Below the pieces are notes generated by a model, which ran no database searches, was not told where the DNA came from, and saw only the letters and a list, made by a program, of their open reading frames with translations. The position numbers were made by a program, and so were the translations under genes. A stretch of DNA of 64,000 nucleotides, from the sequence record ON229909.1, one strand, 5' to 3'. The stretch's first letter is position 1, and each line of letters opens with the position of its first letter. Positions 22,063-34,201 of the stretch are shown in pieces. The stretch comes from Escherichia phage vB_EcoM_CE1.

Positions 22063-22738
22063 ATGAGCACAGTTTTTAATACAAATCCAGTTGATGTTTT
22101 AACAGAACCTATGTTCTTCGGTTCAGGTCTTGGAATTGCACGTTATGATATTCAACGACATAAGGTATTTGAAGAACTTACAGAGAAGTCCTTATCATTT
22201 TTCTGGCGTCCTGAAGAAGTAAACTTAATGATGGATGCTGCACAGTTTAATAAGCTTCCTCAGTATCAGCAAAATATTTTTACTAATAATCTGAAGTATC
22301 AATCACTTTTGGATAGCATTCAGGGTCGTGCGCCGTCTGCTGTACTTATGTCATTAATTTCAGACCCAAGCCTTGATACATGGGTTGCTACGTGGACTTT
22401 TAGTGAAACTATTCACAGCCGTTCATATACACATATCATGCGAAATCTTTATACTGATCCATCGAAGGTATTTGATGAGATTGTATTAGATGAAGCTATT
22501 ATGAAACGTGCTGAATCCATTGGGCGTTATTATGATGATGTTCTTATTAAAACCCGTGAATGGGAAAATGCTAAAGAATTTGTAGAACTAGCTAAAGAAT
22601 CTCCTGATGCTGATTTTCGTTTAAACCGAGCTATTAAACAAGAAGCCGAAGCTAAACGTGCTTTAATGAAATCTCTTTACCTCTGTTTGCACGTTATTAA
22701 TGCCTTAGAAGCTATTCGTTTTTATGTATCTTTTGCGT
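22063..22738 (+). CDS. nrdB: ribonucleotide reductase small subunit, exon 1
   Basis: ORF ends ...AIRFYVSFA; conserved R2 motif continues (C + TFNF...MEGNAKI) only after removing 304 nt. Confidence 0.85.
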
Positions 22739-23042
22739 AAAATGCGCCTTTAAACGGTAACGTTTATCGAAAACTCCTTTAATTGCTGGAAAGTCCTTTA
22801 TAGGAAAACTAGCAGCCAAGGTTTTGCTTGCACCTTTAATTAGTATAATATAAATGATTATACTTTTAAGAGGATGCACAATTGCAAAGCAAGGTTCAAC
22901 GACTAGTCTTCGGACGTAGGGTCAAGCGACTCGAAATGGGGAGAATCCCTCTGGGATTGTGATATAGTCTGGTCTGCATAGTAATATGTAGCAGTTCATA
23001 AGAGAACGGGTTGAGAATTAGCGAGCTCAATCGAACATAACG
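22739..23042 (+). ncRNA. group I intron in nrdB, ORF-less
   Basis: 304-nt interruption at the nrdB intron site; 5' exon ends in U with GCGU complementary to intronic GCGC (P1); intron ends ...CGAACATAACG (terminal G); splicing restores a TGT Cys codon and frame; no ORF over 60 codons. Confidence 0.65.
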
Positions 23043-23545
23043 GTACCTTTAACTTCCATAAGAACATGGAAATCATGGAAGGTAATGCCAAGATTATGAA
23101 GTTCATTGCACGTGATGAGCAGCTTCACCTTAAAGGCACCCAATATATTATTCGTCAACTTCAACTTGGCACTGATGGTGATGAATGGGTTAAAATTGCT
23201 CAAGAGTGTGAACAAGAAGCAGTTGATATTTTCATGGAAGTTAACCGCCAAGAAAAAGACTGGGCAGTTCATTTATTTAAAGATGGCGATGTTCCTGGAT
23301 TAAATACAAATAGCATGTGGAGCTTTATTGATTACTTAACTGTATCTCGTATGAAACAGTGTGGTCTTCCATGCCCAATTACCGATGCTCCGGTTAAACA
23401 CCCATATCCTTGGATTCGTGAATATCTTAATTCTGATAATGTTCAATCCGCGCCACAAGAAGTAGAACTGTCATCTTACCTTGTTGCACAGATTGATAAT
23501 GATGTTGATGATAAAGTTATGATGAGTTTTAAAAAATACTTTTAA
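23043..23545 (+). CDS. nrdB: ribonucleotide reductase small subunit, exon 2
   Basis: in frame with track ORF 23066..23545 (MEGNAKIMKFIARDEQLHL...); total about 392 aa. Confidence 0.8.
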
Positions 23546-23550
23546 GGAGT

Positions 23551-23564
23551 GGGCCGCAAGGCCC
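23551..23564 (+). other. GCAA-tetraloop hairpin between nrdB and denA
   Basis: GGGCC-GCAA-GGCCC immediately after nrdB stop. Confidence 0.4.
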
Positions 23565-23572
23565 ATTTTATT

Positions 23573-25160
<1,588 letters not shown>

Positions 25161-25163
25161 GCT

Positions 25164-25221
25164 GTTTACAAGTCCCTCGTGTTGTGTTATAGTAGTCTTA
25201 CTGACATAACACGAGGACTTT
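25164..25221 (+). promoter_or_regulatory. early-type promoter embedded in an RBS-sequestering hairpin, upstream of alc
   Basis: GTTTAC, 17 nt, TTATAG/TATAGT; inverted repeat CCTCGTGTT...AACACGAGG covers the GAGGA SD; 48-nt block repeated at 38573. Confidence 0.5.
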
Positions 25222-25224
25222 ATG

Positions 25225-25728
25225 ATGGATTTACAACTTATTACTACTGAGATGGTCGTTGAAGCATACGGTGATACTACAGATGGGATTTCTGTATTCA
25301 AAGGAAATCGTCGAGTTGGATATATCACCGATCTTAAGAAAGATTTAGCTAAGCAAGTCAAGCGGAAAACGACCATTAAAGAATATCGAAATCGTCGTCT
25401 TGAGCAAGCCCGTGATATGCTTCCTGATGCGGTTGAAGAGATGAAAGTCTTTTTAGAAAATCAGCTTGCGAAATACGATTGTGATGTGTTCATTAATCAG
25501 ACTCAACCTAATGTTCACATTAATAGCTGTAAATGCTATATCATCGTTAATCCTTTGACGGGAAAACATCGTCTTGGAATCAGTAATCCAAATCGTAGCG
25601 CATCAGATATGGCAGAAGATGTTGAGGCATGCTTTAAAATTTCTAAATCTCCAGCTGAACATCATATTTTAATTAACGGTCTTTCTCAAGACGATATTGT
25701 AGAGGTTATTAAAACTTTATGCATGTAA
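25225..25728 (+). CDS. alc: Alc transcription terminator/unfolding of host nucleoid
   Basis: 167 aa from MDLQLITTEMVVEAYGDTTDG...; matches T4 Alc. Confidence 0.9.
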   Translation: MDLQLITTEMVVEAYGDTTDGISVFKGNRRVGYITDLKKDLAKQVKRKTTIKEYRNRRLEQARDMLPDAVEEMKVFLENQLAKYDCDVFINQTQPNVHINSCKCYIIVNPLTGKHRLGISNPNRSASDMAEDVEACFKISKSPAEHHILINGLSQDDIVEVIKTLCM

Positions 25729-26072
25729 GTAATTTTACAGCTGGATTGCTATTACTTGTAATAGCATTTGGCGGAACATCTATTATTTTAAAAAATAAGG
25801 TAGAAAGATTAGAAACATCGGTTACTGAAATTACAAAAACGGCCAATGAAAACGCCTTAGCATTAAATAATTTGCGAATTCAGTATAATTATATTGATGC
25901 GATGAATAATAAAAATCGTGAGGCAATTGCTGCTATTGAGCGTGAAAATGAAAAACTGCGCAAAGACGCAAAGAAGGCGGATGTGGTGGTTCATAAGCCA
26001 GGATTGGTTGAAAAACAAATCAACAACTCCTTCAACAAGTTCGCAGAAGACATCCAGGACCTTTCTAAATGA
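25719..26072 (+). CDS. pseT.3: i-spanin (Rz-like)
   Basis: 117 aa, N-terminal TMD (TAGLLLLVIAFGGTSIIL) then coiled-coil region; overlaps alc stop. Confidence 0.8.
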   Translation: MHVSNFTAGLLLLVIAFGGTSIILKNKVERLETSVTEITKTANENALALNNLRIQYNYIDAMNNKNREAIAAIERENEKLRKDAKKADVVVHKPGLVEKQINNSFNKFAEDIQDLSK

Positions 26073-26368
26073 TTAAACTATCAGCAGTAATATTATCTAT
26101 TGGTCTTCTAGTTGGTTGTTCGACAAAGCCTCTAGAAGTAAAGAAAGAAACAGTTCATCCTAATTGGCCTGTACAAATAAAGTCATATGATGAAGCTAAA
26201 CTATCTTGGCAAGTTAAAGTTATTGATGGTAAAGCTTGGGTCGGTATGCCATTTGAAGATTCCCAGGAATTTCGCATTTGGCTTAATGATGTAAAACGAT
26301 ATGTACATGATCAGAAAACTATGATATGTTATTATCGTCAAGAGTTAAAAGAGGATAAATGCAAATGA
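26069..26368 (+). CDS. pseT.2: o-spanin lipoprotein (Rz1-like)
   Basis: 99 aa, signal peptide with lipobox LLVGC; ATGA overlap with i-spanin. Confidence 0.8.
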   Translation: MIKLSAVILSIGLLVGCSTKPLEVKKETVHPNWPVQIKSYDEAKLSWQVKVIDGKAWVGMPFEDSQEFRIWLNDVKRYVHDQKTMICYYRQELKEDKCK

Positions 26369-26591
26369 TTTCATGGCATCAATTTGAACATCTCAAAGGA
26401 TTGATTTATGAATCCGAGATGGCTGCAATGATTTATGGACGCCAGATTCAACGGTTAGAATCTTTACCTCCAACTAATGATGTTTTATTAGCTCAATCAC
26501 GTGCTAATCTCAAAAATGAATATCAAAATAAGTGGGGTAAAGCATCTAAAGACCTGCATGATTATATTCAATCATTGGTTGAGAAAAATAA

Positions 26592-26595
<4 letters not shown>
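26359..26595 (+). CDS. hypothetical protein
   Basis: 78-aa ORF in pseT cluster. Confidence 0.5.
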
Positions 26596-27798
<1,203 letters not shown>

Positions 27799-27799
<1 letters not shown>

Positions 27800-27996
27800 T
27801 GGCTTTGCATCATGAAACTTGGGCTATTGTTATTGTAAATAGCGGTTTAGTTGGTACTAGTAATGGGCAATTTTGTGTATTCACTAGTGAAATTAGAGCT
27901 TGGGAGGAATGTCTTAAATTAAGAGAAAAGAATCCTGATGTTGAACTAACAGTAAAGAAAACTAAACTGCCTTTACCATGGAAAACTTATGAATAA
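27799..27996 (+). CDS. hypothetical protein
   Basis: 65-aa ORF between pseT and cd. Confidence 0.45.
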
Positions 27997-28189
27997 CTTA
28001 GAAAAGATTTATCGTCTTTGCGATAAGATTGAAAAAGAAAAGAAATATCTATTTTGTCTATGGCCTATTGTTGATGGAAGAGTAGGCTTAGATGTTCTTG
28101 ATTATGAAACAGAAGACAAAGTAGATGGTTCAATTTTTGATAACGCTTTGGATGTTATTGATTGGCTTGAAGAAAATTATGTGAGGTAA
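27989..28189 (+). CDS. hypothetical protein
   Basis: 66-aa ORF. Confidence 0.45.
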   Translation: MNNLEKIYRLCDKIEKEKKYLFCLWPIVDGRVGLDVLDYETEDKVDGSIFDNALDVIDWLEENYVR

Positions 28190-28191
28190 AT

Positions 28192-28467
28192 ATGTTTCCG
28201 ACTTACTCTAAAATCGTAGAAGTAGTGTTTAGCCAAATTATCGCTAATAACATGTTTGAAAAGCTTGATAATGCAGCTGAACTTCGAATCCACGCTCAAG
28301 TGACTCATGTATTGAACGCTTTGCTTCCAGACCAAGTGGATTCTATTGCAATTACGCTGTATCCAGGTTCCGCGCATATCATTGTCGTATTCGGTCTTGA
28401 TGCTGAGCTAGTCATCAAAGGCGATATTCGCTTTGAATCACAGACATCAGAATTCAAAGCAATTTAA
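28192..28467 (+). CDS. hypothetical protein
   Basis: 91-aa ORF. Confidence 0.5.
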   Translation: MFPTYSKIVEVVFSQIIANNMFEKLDNAAELRIHAQVTHVLNALLPDQVDSIAITLYPGSAHIIVVFGLDAELVIKGDIRFESQTSEFKAI

Positions 28468-28469
28468 TT

Positions 28470-28499
28470 GTTTACAACATGGTAGAGTTGTGATATTAT
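28470..28499 (+). promoter_or_regulatory. early-type promoter
   Basis: GTTTAC, 18 nt, TATTAT; flanking inverted repeat GGTAGAG/CTCTACC. Confidence 0.4.
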
Positions 28500-28529
28500 A
28501 GCTCTACCAAAACAAATGAGGAAATAGAA

Positions 28530-28766
28530 ATGCTAAGTGAAAAACCAATTACTGTTAAAGAATTCCAAGAAAAAGTTAAACTATTTGCTCAGGAATTGGT
28601 AAATAAGGTTTCTGAACGATTTCCAGAAACATCGGTTCGTGTTATTACCGAAACTCCTCGTTCAGTATTAGTAATTGTGAATCCAGGTGATGGTGACCAA
28701 ATAACACATCTCAAATTGGATTTTGATGGATTAGTTGAAGCACAAAGGGTGTATGGCGTACTATGA
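28530..28766 (+). CDS. hypothetical protein
   Basis: 78-aa ORF with GAGGAAA SD. Confidence 0.5.
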   Translation: MLSEKPITVKEFQEKVKLFAQELVNKVSERFPETSVRVITETPRSVLVIVNPGDGDQITHLKLDFDGLVEAQRVYGVL

Positions 28767-29101
28767 TGAATTTAACTGATATAATTGATAATTGTCTTGA
28801 AAATGATACTGGTGATCATAGAGCGCTTGACTCTGAAACAGCAAAGTTCATTAGAATAACTTTAATGAATGATACTCTAGTGAATAGTATTCATCCTTCT
28901 GTGTATGATGCTATTATTGTGACGAAGTATCCAGTTGAGCTTCACAAAAAGATGACTGGTGCAATTTTTATTGATAAGAAAAACCGCTTTAAAGATGGGC
29001 AGAATATAATTAGTTCTGTTATTAAAAGTATAACTAAACTTCGTCACGAAATTTATCGTGTTGAAACTACTAAATCTACTTATCTGGTGATTATGAAATG
29101 A
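28763..29101 (+). CDS. hypothetical protein
   Basis: 112-aa ORF, overlaps neighbours by 4 nt. Confidence 0.5.
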   Translation: MMNLTDIIDNCLENDTGDHRALDSETAKFIRITLMNDTLVNSIHPSVYDAIIVTKYPVELHKKMTGAIFIDKKNRFKDGQNIISSVIKSITKLRHEIYRVETTKSTYLVIMK

Positions 29102-29679
29102 AAGCGAGTACAGTACTTCAAATTGCATATTTAGTATCACAAGAATCAAAATGTTGCTCCTGGAAGGTAGGAGCAGTAATTGAAAAGAATGGACGTATTA
29201 TTTCTACTGGGTATAATGGTTCGCCTGCAGGTGGTGTGAATTGCTGTGATTATGCTGCTGAGCAAGGTTGGTTGCTGAATAAGCCTAAACATACTATCAT
29301 TCAAGGCCATAAGCCTGAATTCGTATCATTTGATTTAACTGATCGTTTTGTCTTGGCGAAAGAACACCGTAGTGCTCACTCTGAATGGTCGTCTAAAAAT
29401 GAAATTCATGCTGAACTAAATGCGATTTTGTTTGCTGCGCGAAATGGTTCTTCAATTGAAGGTGCTACTATGTATGTAACACTTTCTCCTTGCCCAGATT
29501 GTGCAAAAGCGATAGCTCAATCTGGAATTAAAAAGTTGGTTTATTGCGAAACATACGATAAAAATAAACCTGGCTGGGATGATATTCTGCGAAATGCGGG
29601 TATTGAAGTGTTTAATGTTCCTAAGAAAAACTTAAATAAGTTAAATTGGGAAAATATCAACGAATTCTGTGGTGAATAA
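29098..29679 (+). CDS. cd: dCMP deaminase
   Basis: 193 aa; zinc-binding motifs HAELNA and SPCPDCAKAI; matches T4 Cd. Confidence 0.95.
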   Translation: MKASTVLQIAYLVSQESKCCSWKVGAVIEKNGRIISTGYNGSPAGGVNCCDYAAEQGWLLNKPKHTIIQGHKPEFVSFDLTDRFVLAKEHRSAHSEWSSKNEIHAELNAILFAARNGSSIEGATMYVTLSPCPDCAKAIAQSGIKKLVYCETYDKNKPGWDDILRNAGIEVFNVPKKNLNKLNWENINEFCGE

Positions 29680-29915
29680 TGAAATTTCGTTTGGTACAGC
29701 TCACAGCAATTAGTTCTTATTCTAACGAGAACATTTCATTTGCTGTAGAGTATAAGAAATATTTTTTCTCTAAATGGAAGCAGTATTATAAGTCAGAATG
29801 GGTTTGTATTGATAGACCGTATAGTTGGAAATCTGATTTAGAAAAATGCCAAAAATTGCTTTCCACTCTTAAAGAACGTGGAACAACCCATATTAAAACT
29901 GTGATAGGTAAATAA
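29679..29915 (+). CDS. hypothetical protein
   Basis: 78-aa ORF. Confidence 0.5.
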   Translation: MKFRLVQLTAISSYSNENISFAVEYKKYFFSKWKQYYKSEWVCIDRPYSWKSDLEKCQKLLSTLKERGTTHIKTVIGK

Positions 29916-30224
29916 ATGAAACTGACGACTGAGCAAAAAGTAGCAATTCGTGAAATTTTGAAAACTAAATTGTCCATGGGTATTTCAAACGTGGTTTTTG
30001 AAAAGTCTGATGGTACTATTCGTACTATGAAAGGCACTCGTGATGCAGACTTTATGCCAACCATGCAAACTGGTAAATTGACTGAATCTACTCGGAAAGA
30101 ATCTACTGATATGATTCCGATATTTGATGTTGAACTCGGTGCATGGCGAGGTTTTTCTATTGACAAATTGATTTCCGTTAATGGCATGAAAGTTGAGCAT
30201 TTGCTTCAATTTATTGGTAAATAA
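29916..30224 (+). CDS. hypothetical protein
   Basis: 102-aa ORF. Confidence 0.5.
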   Translation: MKLTTEQKVAIREILKTKLSMGISNVVFEKSDGTIRTMKGTRDADFMPTMQTGKLTESTRKESTDMIPIFDVELGAWRGFSIDKLISVNGMKVEHLLQFIGK

Positions 30225-30225
30225 A

Positions 30226-30250
30226 TGCTTTAAGAATTATTTGTTATTAT
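30226..30250 (+). promoter_or_regulatory. putative MotA-dependent middle promoter for gene 31
   Basis: TGCTTTA MotA-box-like element, 12 nt, TATTAT. Confidence 0.35.
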
Positions 30251-30280
30251 TAATTCATCTGTTAACAAAAAGGAAAAACG

Positions 30281-30616
30281 ATGTCTGAAGTACAACAGCT
30301 ACCAATTCGTGCTGTCGGTGAATATGTTATTTTGGTTTCTGAACCTGCACAAGCCGGTGATGAAGAAGTTACAGAATCAGGACTTATTATCGGTAAACGT
30401 GTCCAAGGTGAAGTTCCTGAACTGTGTGTAATTCACTCTGTTGGTCCTGATGTTCCTGAAGGTTTCTGCGAAGTTGGTGATTTGACTTCTCTGCCAGTTG
30501 GTCAAATTCGAAACGTTCCGCATCCTTTTGTAGCTCTGGGTCTTAAGCAGCCAAAAGAAATTAAACAAAAATTCGTAACATGTCATTATAAAGCTATTCC
30601 ATGTCTTTATAAGTGA
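30281..30616 (+). CDS. 31: gp31 GroES-like co-chaperonin
   Basis: 111 aa [22 protein letters not shown]...; matches T4 gp31. Confidence 0.95.
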   Translation: MSEVQQLPIRAVGEYVILVSEPAQAGDEEVTESGLIIGKRVQGEVPELCVIHSVGPDVPEGFCEVGDLTSLPVGQIRNVPHPFVALGLKQPKEIKQKFVTCHYKAIPCLYK

Positions 30617-30763
30617 TATAAATAATAATATGAATTGGGTGTCGGAATAATAAGTTAACCGAACAATTCTACGTGGTAGTCTACAACTGAGAGATCTGTC
30701 GAAAGAAGATGAAATTCAGAAGAACGTGACTACCGAGTTTTAATCTCTAACGAGAATTTTTAA

Positions 30764-31012
30764 ATGATTAAACAATTACAACACGCTCTTGAACTGCAAC
30801 GAAACGCATGGAATAATGGTCACGAAAACTATGGCGCATCTATTGATGTTGAAGCCGAAGCTCTTGAAATCCTGCGTTATTTCAAACATCTGAATCCTGC
30901 TCAAACTGCATTAGCTGCTGAGCTCCAGGAAAAAGATGAACTTAAATATGCTAAGCCTCTGGCTTCTGCTGCACGAAAAGCAGTTCGTCACTTTGTGGTA
31001 ACACTGAAGTAA
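30764..31012 (+). CDS. rIII: rIII lysis inhibition accessory protein
   Basis: 82 aa, position after gene 31 as in T4. Confidence 0.8.
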   Translation: MIKQLQHALELQRNAWNNGHENYGASIDVEAEALEILRYFKHLNPAQTALAAELQEKDELKYAKPLASAARKAVRHFVVTLK

Positions 31013-31132
31013 GTATGATGACGGGTTTATGGTTATCCTGGTCGTTAAATATCCAAAAACCTATGTTCCCCTTGAGGGCTTGCGCAGGCAATGCCAATAA
31101 GTCCTGCATTTTCATTTAAAAGAGAATTTATA

Positions 31133-31309
31133 ATGGCAAAACAAGCTAAAGCAAAGAAAGCAGTTGAAAAGAAAGTTGGTGATTCTAAACGCGCTGGTTA
31201 CAAGCGTGGGTCGAACTCTCGTATCAATCAAACTGTTGAGAAGATCATGCGCCGAGCACGTGCGGTTCTTCGAGATGATGCTTCTCGTTTTGGTAAGCAG
31301 AAAGCATAA
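31133..31309 (+). CDS. small basic hypothetical protein
   Basis: 58 aa from ATG MAKQAKAKKAVEKK...; part of track ORF 31091..31309. Confidence 0.4.
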   Translation: MAKQAKAKKAVEKKVGDSKRAGYKRGSNSRINQTVEKIMRRARAVLRDDASRFGKQKA

Positions 31310-31312
31310 GTT

Positions 31313-31340
31313 GAGGACTCCTTCGGGAGTCCTTTTTTAT
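31313..31340 (+). terminator. rho-independent terminator
   Basis: GAGGACUCC-UUCG-GGAGUCC hairpin followed by T-run. Confidence 0.6.
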
Positions 31341-31362
31341 TTTCCAAAGATTGCACAAAGTT

Positions 31363-31395
31363 GTTTACAGTATGGTTCCTTTGTGATAGTATTAT
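31363..31395 (+). promoter_or_regulatory. early-type promoter
   Basis: GTTTAC, 17-18 nt, TAGTAT/TATTAT. Confidence 0.45.
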
Positions 31396-31419
31396 CTTAC
31401 ACAAACAAAGGAGAATAAA

Positions 31420-31752
31420 ATGAAAACGATTAATCTGAACGCCACAGTTAAAACTAAATGCTTCAATGGTAAATATGATGAAACTATGTGGTTCTTAATG
31501 GCAGTTGAAGGTGATATTATTGAAGTAGAAACAACAGAAGGTATGGGAACAGATTTCACCTTTACAATCCAAGTTCATAATTTCTTTACTGGTTGGATTT
31601 ATGAACTGAATACGGTAATCGTTGGAAAAATTGAACAAAATGAATTGGGTGAATGGTATTATGTTACAGCTCGCCAACGTGCCGAACGCTTAATTGAGAA
31701 GATGAAAAAAGTTGGCAAACTTGACATGAAGCATTGGAAATTAGTAAAATAA
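31420..31752 (+). CDS. hypothetical protein
   Basis: 110-aa ORF with GGAGAA SD. Confidence 0.55.
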   Translation: MKTINLNATVKTKCFNGKYDETMWFLMAVEGDIIEVETTEGMGTDFTFTIQVHNFFTGWIYELNTVIVGKIEQNELGEWYYVTARQRAERLIEKMKKVGKLDMKHWKLVK

Positions 31753-31754
31753 TT

Positions 31755-31783
31755 GTTTACTTTGGTACAGGATATGATATTAT
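31755..31783 (+). promoter_or_regulatory. early-type promoter
   Basis: GTTTAC, 17 nt, TATTAT. Confidence 0.45.
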
Positions 31784-31820
31784 ATACCTGTACCGCAATT
31801 AAACATCTCGGAGAATAAAA

Positions 31821-32186
31821 ATGAACTACATTAACTTTGAACGTAAATATGTTTCTAACGGTATTGCAGGTTCTATTGATACTATCTGCCTTTGGAAACA
31901 TCAAAATGGATCAGTATGCGAAATTGAACAGTATATGACTCCTAACTACGTTTATATGCGATTTGAAAATGGCATCACGGTTTCAATCACGAAAGAAGGT
32001 TCTTCTTTTAAAATCGCATTAGATGATGATTTCCGTCAACGCGATTTAGGTACTCATCCTTGTTGGAATGGCGTCAATCGTAAGCTTCTGGTTAAAACTT
32101 GGATTCGTCATATTCTGAGTAACAGAGCTAAACCTGAGCATCTTGAAGCAATCTTTGATGTAGTTCTTAACGAATTTGATATTTAA
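31821..32186 (+). CDS. hypothetical protein
   Basis: 121-aa ORF with GGAGAA SD. Confidence 0.55.
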   Translation: MNYINFERKYVSNGIAGSIDTICLWKHQNGSVCEIEQYMTPNYVYMRFENGITVSITKEGSSFKIALDDDFRQRDLGTHPCWNGVNRKLLVKTWIRHILSNRAKPEHLEAIFDVVLNEFDI

Positions 32187-32226
32187 AATAAAACAGGGGC
32201 TTCGGCCCCTTACTGAGGAAAATACT

Positions 32227-32514
32227 ATGTTTATGACTACTTATTTTGATACCCGCAAAAATTTCTGTGAAGTGGTTTTCTCTAAGGCGCCTAAAGACCT
32301 TCCTGCTCATTTGCAGCCTACCAGTGAATCGATTAAAAACTACGTTAATGTAGTATGTCCTTTAGAGTTCCGTACTGTAAATGGACGTGATACTCTAGCA
32401 ATCATTAAACTCAATCGTGAAATTGACATTGACCCTTCAATCGCGCGCGAAATTAATATTTCTGATATTGGCGGCGGTAATGTTAAATCGCACGGTTTTC
32501 AGATGAGGTTCTAA
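32227..32514 (+). CDS. hypothetical protein
   Basis: 95 aa from ATG preceded by GAGGAAAA (track ORF starts earlier). Confidence 0.5.
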   Translation: MFMTTYFDTRKNFCEVVFSKAPKDLPAHLQPTSESIKNYVNVVCPLEFRTVNGRDTLAIIKLNREIDIDPSIAREINISDIGGGNVKSHGFQMRF

Positions 32515-32711
32515 TGAAATTCTTTTTGGGTCAAACTGTTGAATTAAAGGGAGTTGGTATACCTGGATTAATTTCTAAGGTTCTACCTCCATTTAAATGG
32601 AGTGGTATTCAAATAAAAGAGGCTTATATTGTTTCCTGGGTAGATGGAAATGAAGACCTTCGTATGGGTGATGAATTATCTCCTATTTACGGATTAAAGG
32701 AATTAGTATGA
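32514..32711 (+). CDS. hypothetical protein
   Basis: 65-aa ORF. Confidence 0.45.
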   Translation: MKFFLGQTVELKGVGIPGLISKVLPPFKWSGIQIKEAYIVSWVDGNEDLRMGDELSPIYGLKELV

Positions 32712-32914
32712 ATATAATTAATAAGATTTTTGGAATTCAGTACATTAAGGTCACATATAAAGTAACGTATAAAGGTCCGTATACCGATGAACATGAAGAG
32801 CCACAAGTTCAGTCTATTATATTAGAAAAGGACCCTAACTGGCCAGTTGAATTTCGTCTTCCTTGCTATGGTCATTGGGCTGATGTTGAAATTATAAGCA
32901 TTGAAAATGTCTGA
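32708..32914 (+). CDS. hypothetical protein
   Basis: 68-aa ORF. Confidence 0.45.
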   Translation: MNIINKIFGIQYIKVTYKVTYKGPYTDEHEEPQVQSIILEKDPNWPVEFRLPCYGHWADVEIISIENV

Positions 32915-33365
32915 GCTAGAGATAAGAAGCAATTTTAGATGGCCATCATGCGCATTAAGTAATTTCGCTCAATGGCCTTTCGTTATGGATGGTATTCAAT
33001 TTGGAGGTCTCGAAGGATTCCTCCAAGGGTGTAAGGTGAAAAATGTTGAACAACAAAGACGTATATTTGGGTTATCCGGGCTTGCCGCTCAACAAGCTGG
33101 AAGGTCTTATGCTAGAGCTCAGGATCGTGGCACGTTGTTCTGGCTTGGAGTTCCGTTTTCAAGATACTCCCCGGCGTGGAAAGAATTATACACAAATGCA
33201 TATTTTGAAGCAGCGATCCAAAACAGGGGTTTTCGTGATGCATTACAAGCCTCGAAAGGAAAAGTTTTGAAGCACAGCATGGCTAGTGGTCTAACAAAAG
33301 ATGATACAATACTAACCGAAGCTGAATTTATTGATGTGTTAAACCTATTAAGAGACTCTCTATGA
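32901..33365 (+). CDS. conserved hypothetical protein (T4 30.3-like)
   Basis: 154-aa ORF in the gene 30 distal cluster. Confidence 0.55.
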   Translation: MKMSELEIRSNFRWPSCALSNFAQWPFVMDGIQFGGLEGFLQGCKVKNVEQQRRIFGLSGLAAQQAGRSYARAQDRGTLFWLGVPFSRYSPAWKELYTNAYFEAAIQNRGFRDALQASKGKVLKHSMASGLTKDDTILTEAEFIDVLNLLRDSL

Positions 33366-34201
33366 AGCCAACTATTTTGACTGATATTGATGGTGTATGT
33401 TTAAGCTGGCAATCAGGCCTTCCTTATTTTGCTCAGAAATATAATCTTCCATTAGAACATATTTTAAAAATGATCCAAGATGAGAAATTTATTTCTCCGG
33501 GTAAACTCTTTAATTGTGACGAAGAACTTGGCGTCAAGTTAATTGAAAAATACAATCGTTCAGATTTTATTCGTTACTTGTCTCCGTATAAAGATGCCCT
33601 GTGTGTAATTAACAAATTAAAAGAAGATTATAATTTTGTAGCTGTTACAGCATTAGGTGATTCTATTGACGCTCTGTTGAATCGTCAATTTAATTTGAAT
33701 GCTCTTTTTCCTGGTGCCTTCTCAGAAGTAATGATGTGTGGTCATGATTCTTCAAAAGAAGAGTTGTTCAAAAAGGCAAAAGAGAAATATAACGTAATTT
33801 GTTATATTGACGATCTCGCTCACCACTGCGACCACGCGAGTGAAATATTAAATGTTCCGGTTTATTGGATGGCTCGAGGAGAGCGTGACAATATTCCAAA
33901 AACTGCGCAGCGAGTTTATACATGGAATGATGTAGAGAATAAGCTTTTTCCATCGAAGGAAAATAAAGAAAGTTTTGATCGTGAAAAAGCTATAAAAGAT
34001 GTAATTGAAAAGATGATTAAAAACGATTCTTTTCCTTGGAACACTACCTGGAGAACTCCTGGATTTAATCCTTATAATCATCTATATCATCCATATCAGA
34101 CGCATCCGTTTCAGACATGGAACTATATTAAACCCGGCGGTATAGAGTATTTGTATAATAGACCTACTTGTGGTGATAATATTTTCCAAGGAGCATTCTA
34201 A
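33362..34201 (+). CDS. conserved hypothetical protein (HAD-like, T4 30.2-like)
   Basis: 279 aa, N-terminal DIDGV motif typical of HAD hydrolases. Confidence 0.55.
   Translation: MKPTILTDIDGVCLSWQSGLPYFAQKYNLPLEHILKMIQDEKFISPGKLFNCDEELGVKLIEKYNRSDFIRYLSPYKDALCVINKLKEDYNFVAVTALGDSIDALLNRQFNLNALFPGAFSEVMMCGHDSSKEELFKKAKEKYNVICYIDDLAHHCDHASEILNVPVYWMARGERDNIPKTAQRVYTWNDVENKLFPSKENKESFDREKAIKDVIEKMIKNDSFPWNTTWRTPGFNPYNHLYHPYQTHPFQTWNYIKPGGIEYLYNRPTCGDNIFQGAF

Noticed and set aside
30617-30763. Inverted repeat GGTAGTC...GACTACC with a ~40-nt loop between genes 31 and rIII, considered as a small RNA or riboswitch-like element
   Set aside because: Only a 7-bp stem with a long loop and no recognisable conserved RNA family features; more likely an ordinary leader or terminator-proximal structure.
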